64,000 nt of DNA. Source: a virus (lineage: Duplodnaviria; Caudoviricetes). The notes below the pieces were generated by a model. It worked only from the letters and a program-made list of their open reading frames with translations, was not told where the DNA came from and made no database searches. The position numbers and the translations under genes are program-made. The stretch covers positions 1-64,000 of IMG/VR virus record IMGVR_UViG_3300000942_000002; one strand, 5' to 3'. Each line of letters opens with the position of its first letter. The first letter of the stretch is position 1. Positions 63,559 through 64,000 of this stretch are shown in pieces.

Positions 63559-64000
63559 TTATAGATTTAGATAATACAATTCTTTTTTAGCTCTACTTCT
63601 TGCAACGTATTTAAGATTCTTCTCTTGTTTTAGTTGCTCTGGAGAAGTGGCAAATTTTGAAGGAATCAAGTTCTCATTTAAAATATAAACTATATCTGCC
63701 TCTAAACCTTTAGCTTTATGAATAGTGCACAGCATTGTAGCTTTTGATTTAACTTTGAAAAGATTTTTAATTTTCTCTAGTAAAACCTTGATCACTTCAT
63801 AGTCAGTGCTCATATTTGACACCAAAGCTTTAAAATTGGCATAATTCTCTTTAAACATGTATAACTTCATTCGTCCTTTATCAGTTTTATCTGCTTGAAG
63901 GTCTTCCAATTTATAGAGAAGTTCTGATTTAGTCCCGGCCACAGTATAATTCATATAAGGTTTAAGAAACCTAGTTATGGAAGATAAAATATCATCCCCT
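63559..64000 (-). CDS. UvrD/SF1 helicase C-terminal part (gene continues beyond the window)
   Basis: TIHKAKGLEADIV and NLKYVARSRAK motifs; frame open to position 64000. Confidence 0.85.
   Translation of the reverse strand, partial: GDDILSSITRFLKPYMNYTVAGTKSELLYKLEDLQADKTDKGRMKLYMFKENYANFKALVSNMSTDYEVIKVLLEKIKNLFKVKSKATMLCTIHKAKGLEADIVYILNENLIPSKFATSPEQLKQEKNLKYVARSRAKKELYYLNL

Noticed and set aside
1-64000. Stop-codon reassignment (TAG or TGA), as in some crAss-like phages
   Set aside because: Very long ORFs are intact under the standard code and genes are tightly coupled at TAG, TGA and TAA stops; reading through TAG at 53229 does not repair that gene
1-64000. CRISPR array, tRNA genes, DGR template/variable repeats, invertible segments
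   Set aside because: No regularly spaced repeat-spacer units, cloverleafs, reverse transcriptase or recombinase seen; the 20-bp motif copies are separated by whole genes

Overview
64-kb segment of an AT-rich dsDNA phage genome with the gene order of crAss-like (Crassvirales-related) podoviruses of Bacteroidota. The host is probably flavobacterial, inferred from TAnnTTTG promoters and host-like OmpA and lipoprotein genes. There are three blocks. (1) 1-1335, minus strand: an array of small early-type genes, each cassette opened by a conserved 20-bp motif and closed by a terminator hairpin. (2) About 1850-53059, plus strand: the virion module, with terminase, portal, scaffold, major capsid, ring, hub and fibre proteins, holin, phosphoesterase, PD-(D/E)xK nuclease, muzzle and four cargo proteins, one of which is a 4237-aa single-chain virion RNA polymerase with a DFDID motif. 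(3) 53098-64000, minus strand: a nucleotide-metabolism and accessory block with a ParB-like protein, a spanin-like protein, dUTPase, class II RNR, an OmpA-family protein, a collagen-like lipoprotein, ThyX, GroEL+GroES, a DUF1937-like protein and the 3' end of a UvrD-like helicase. The genetic code is standard. I saw no tRNA, CRISPR array, intron or intein. Product calls come from motifs and synteny read by eye; no database searches were run.
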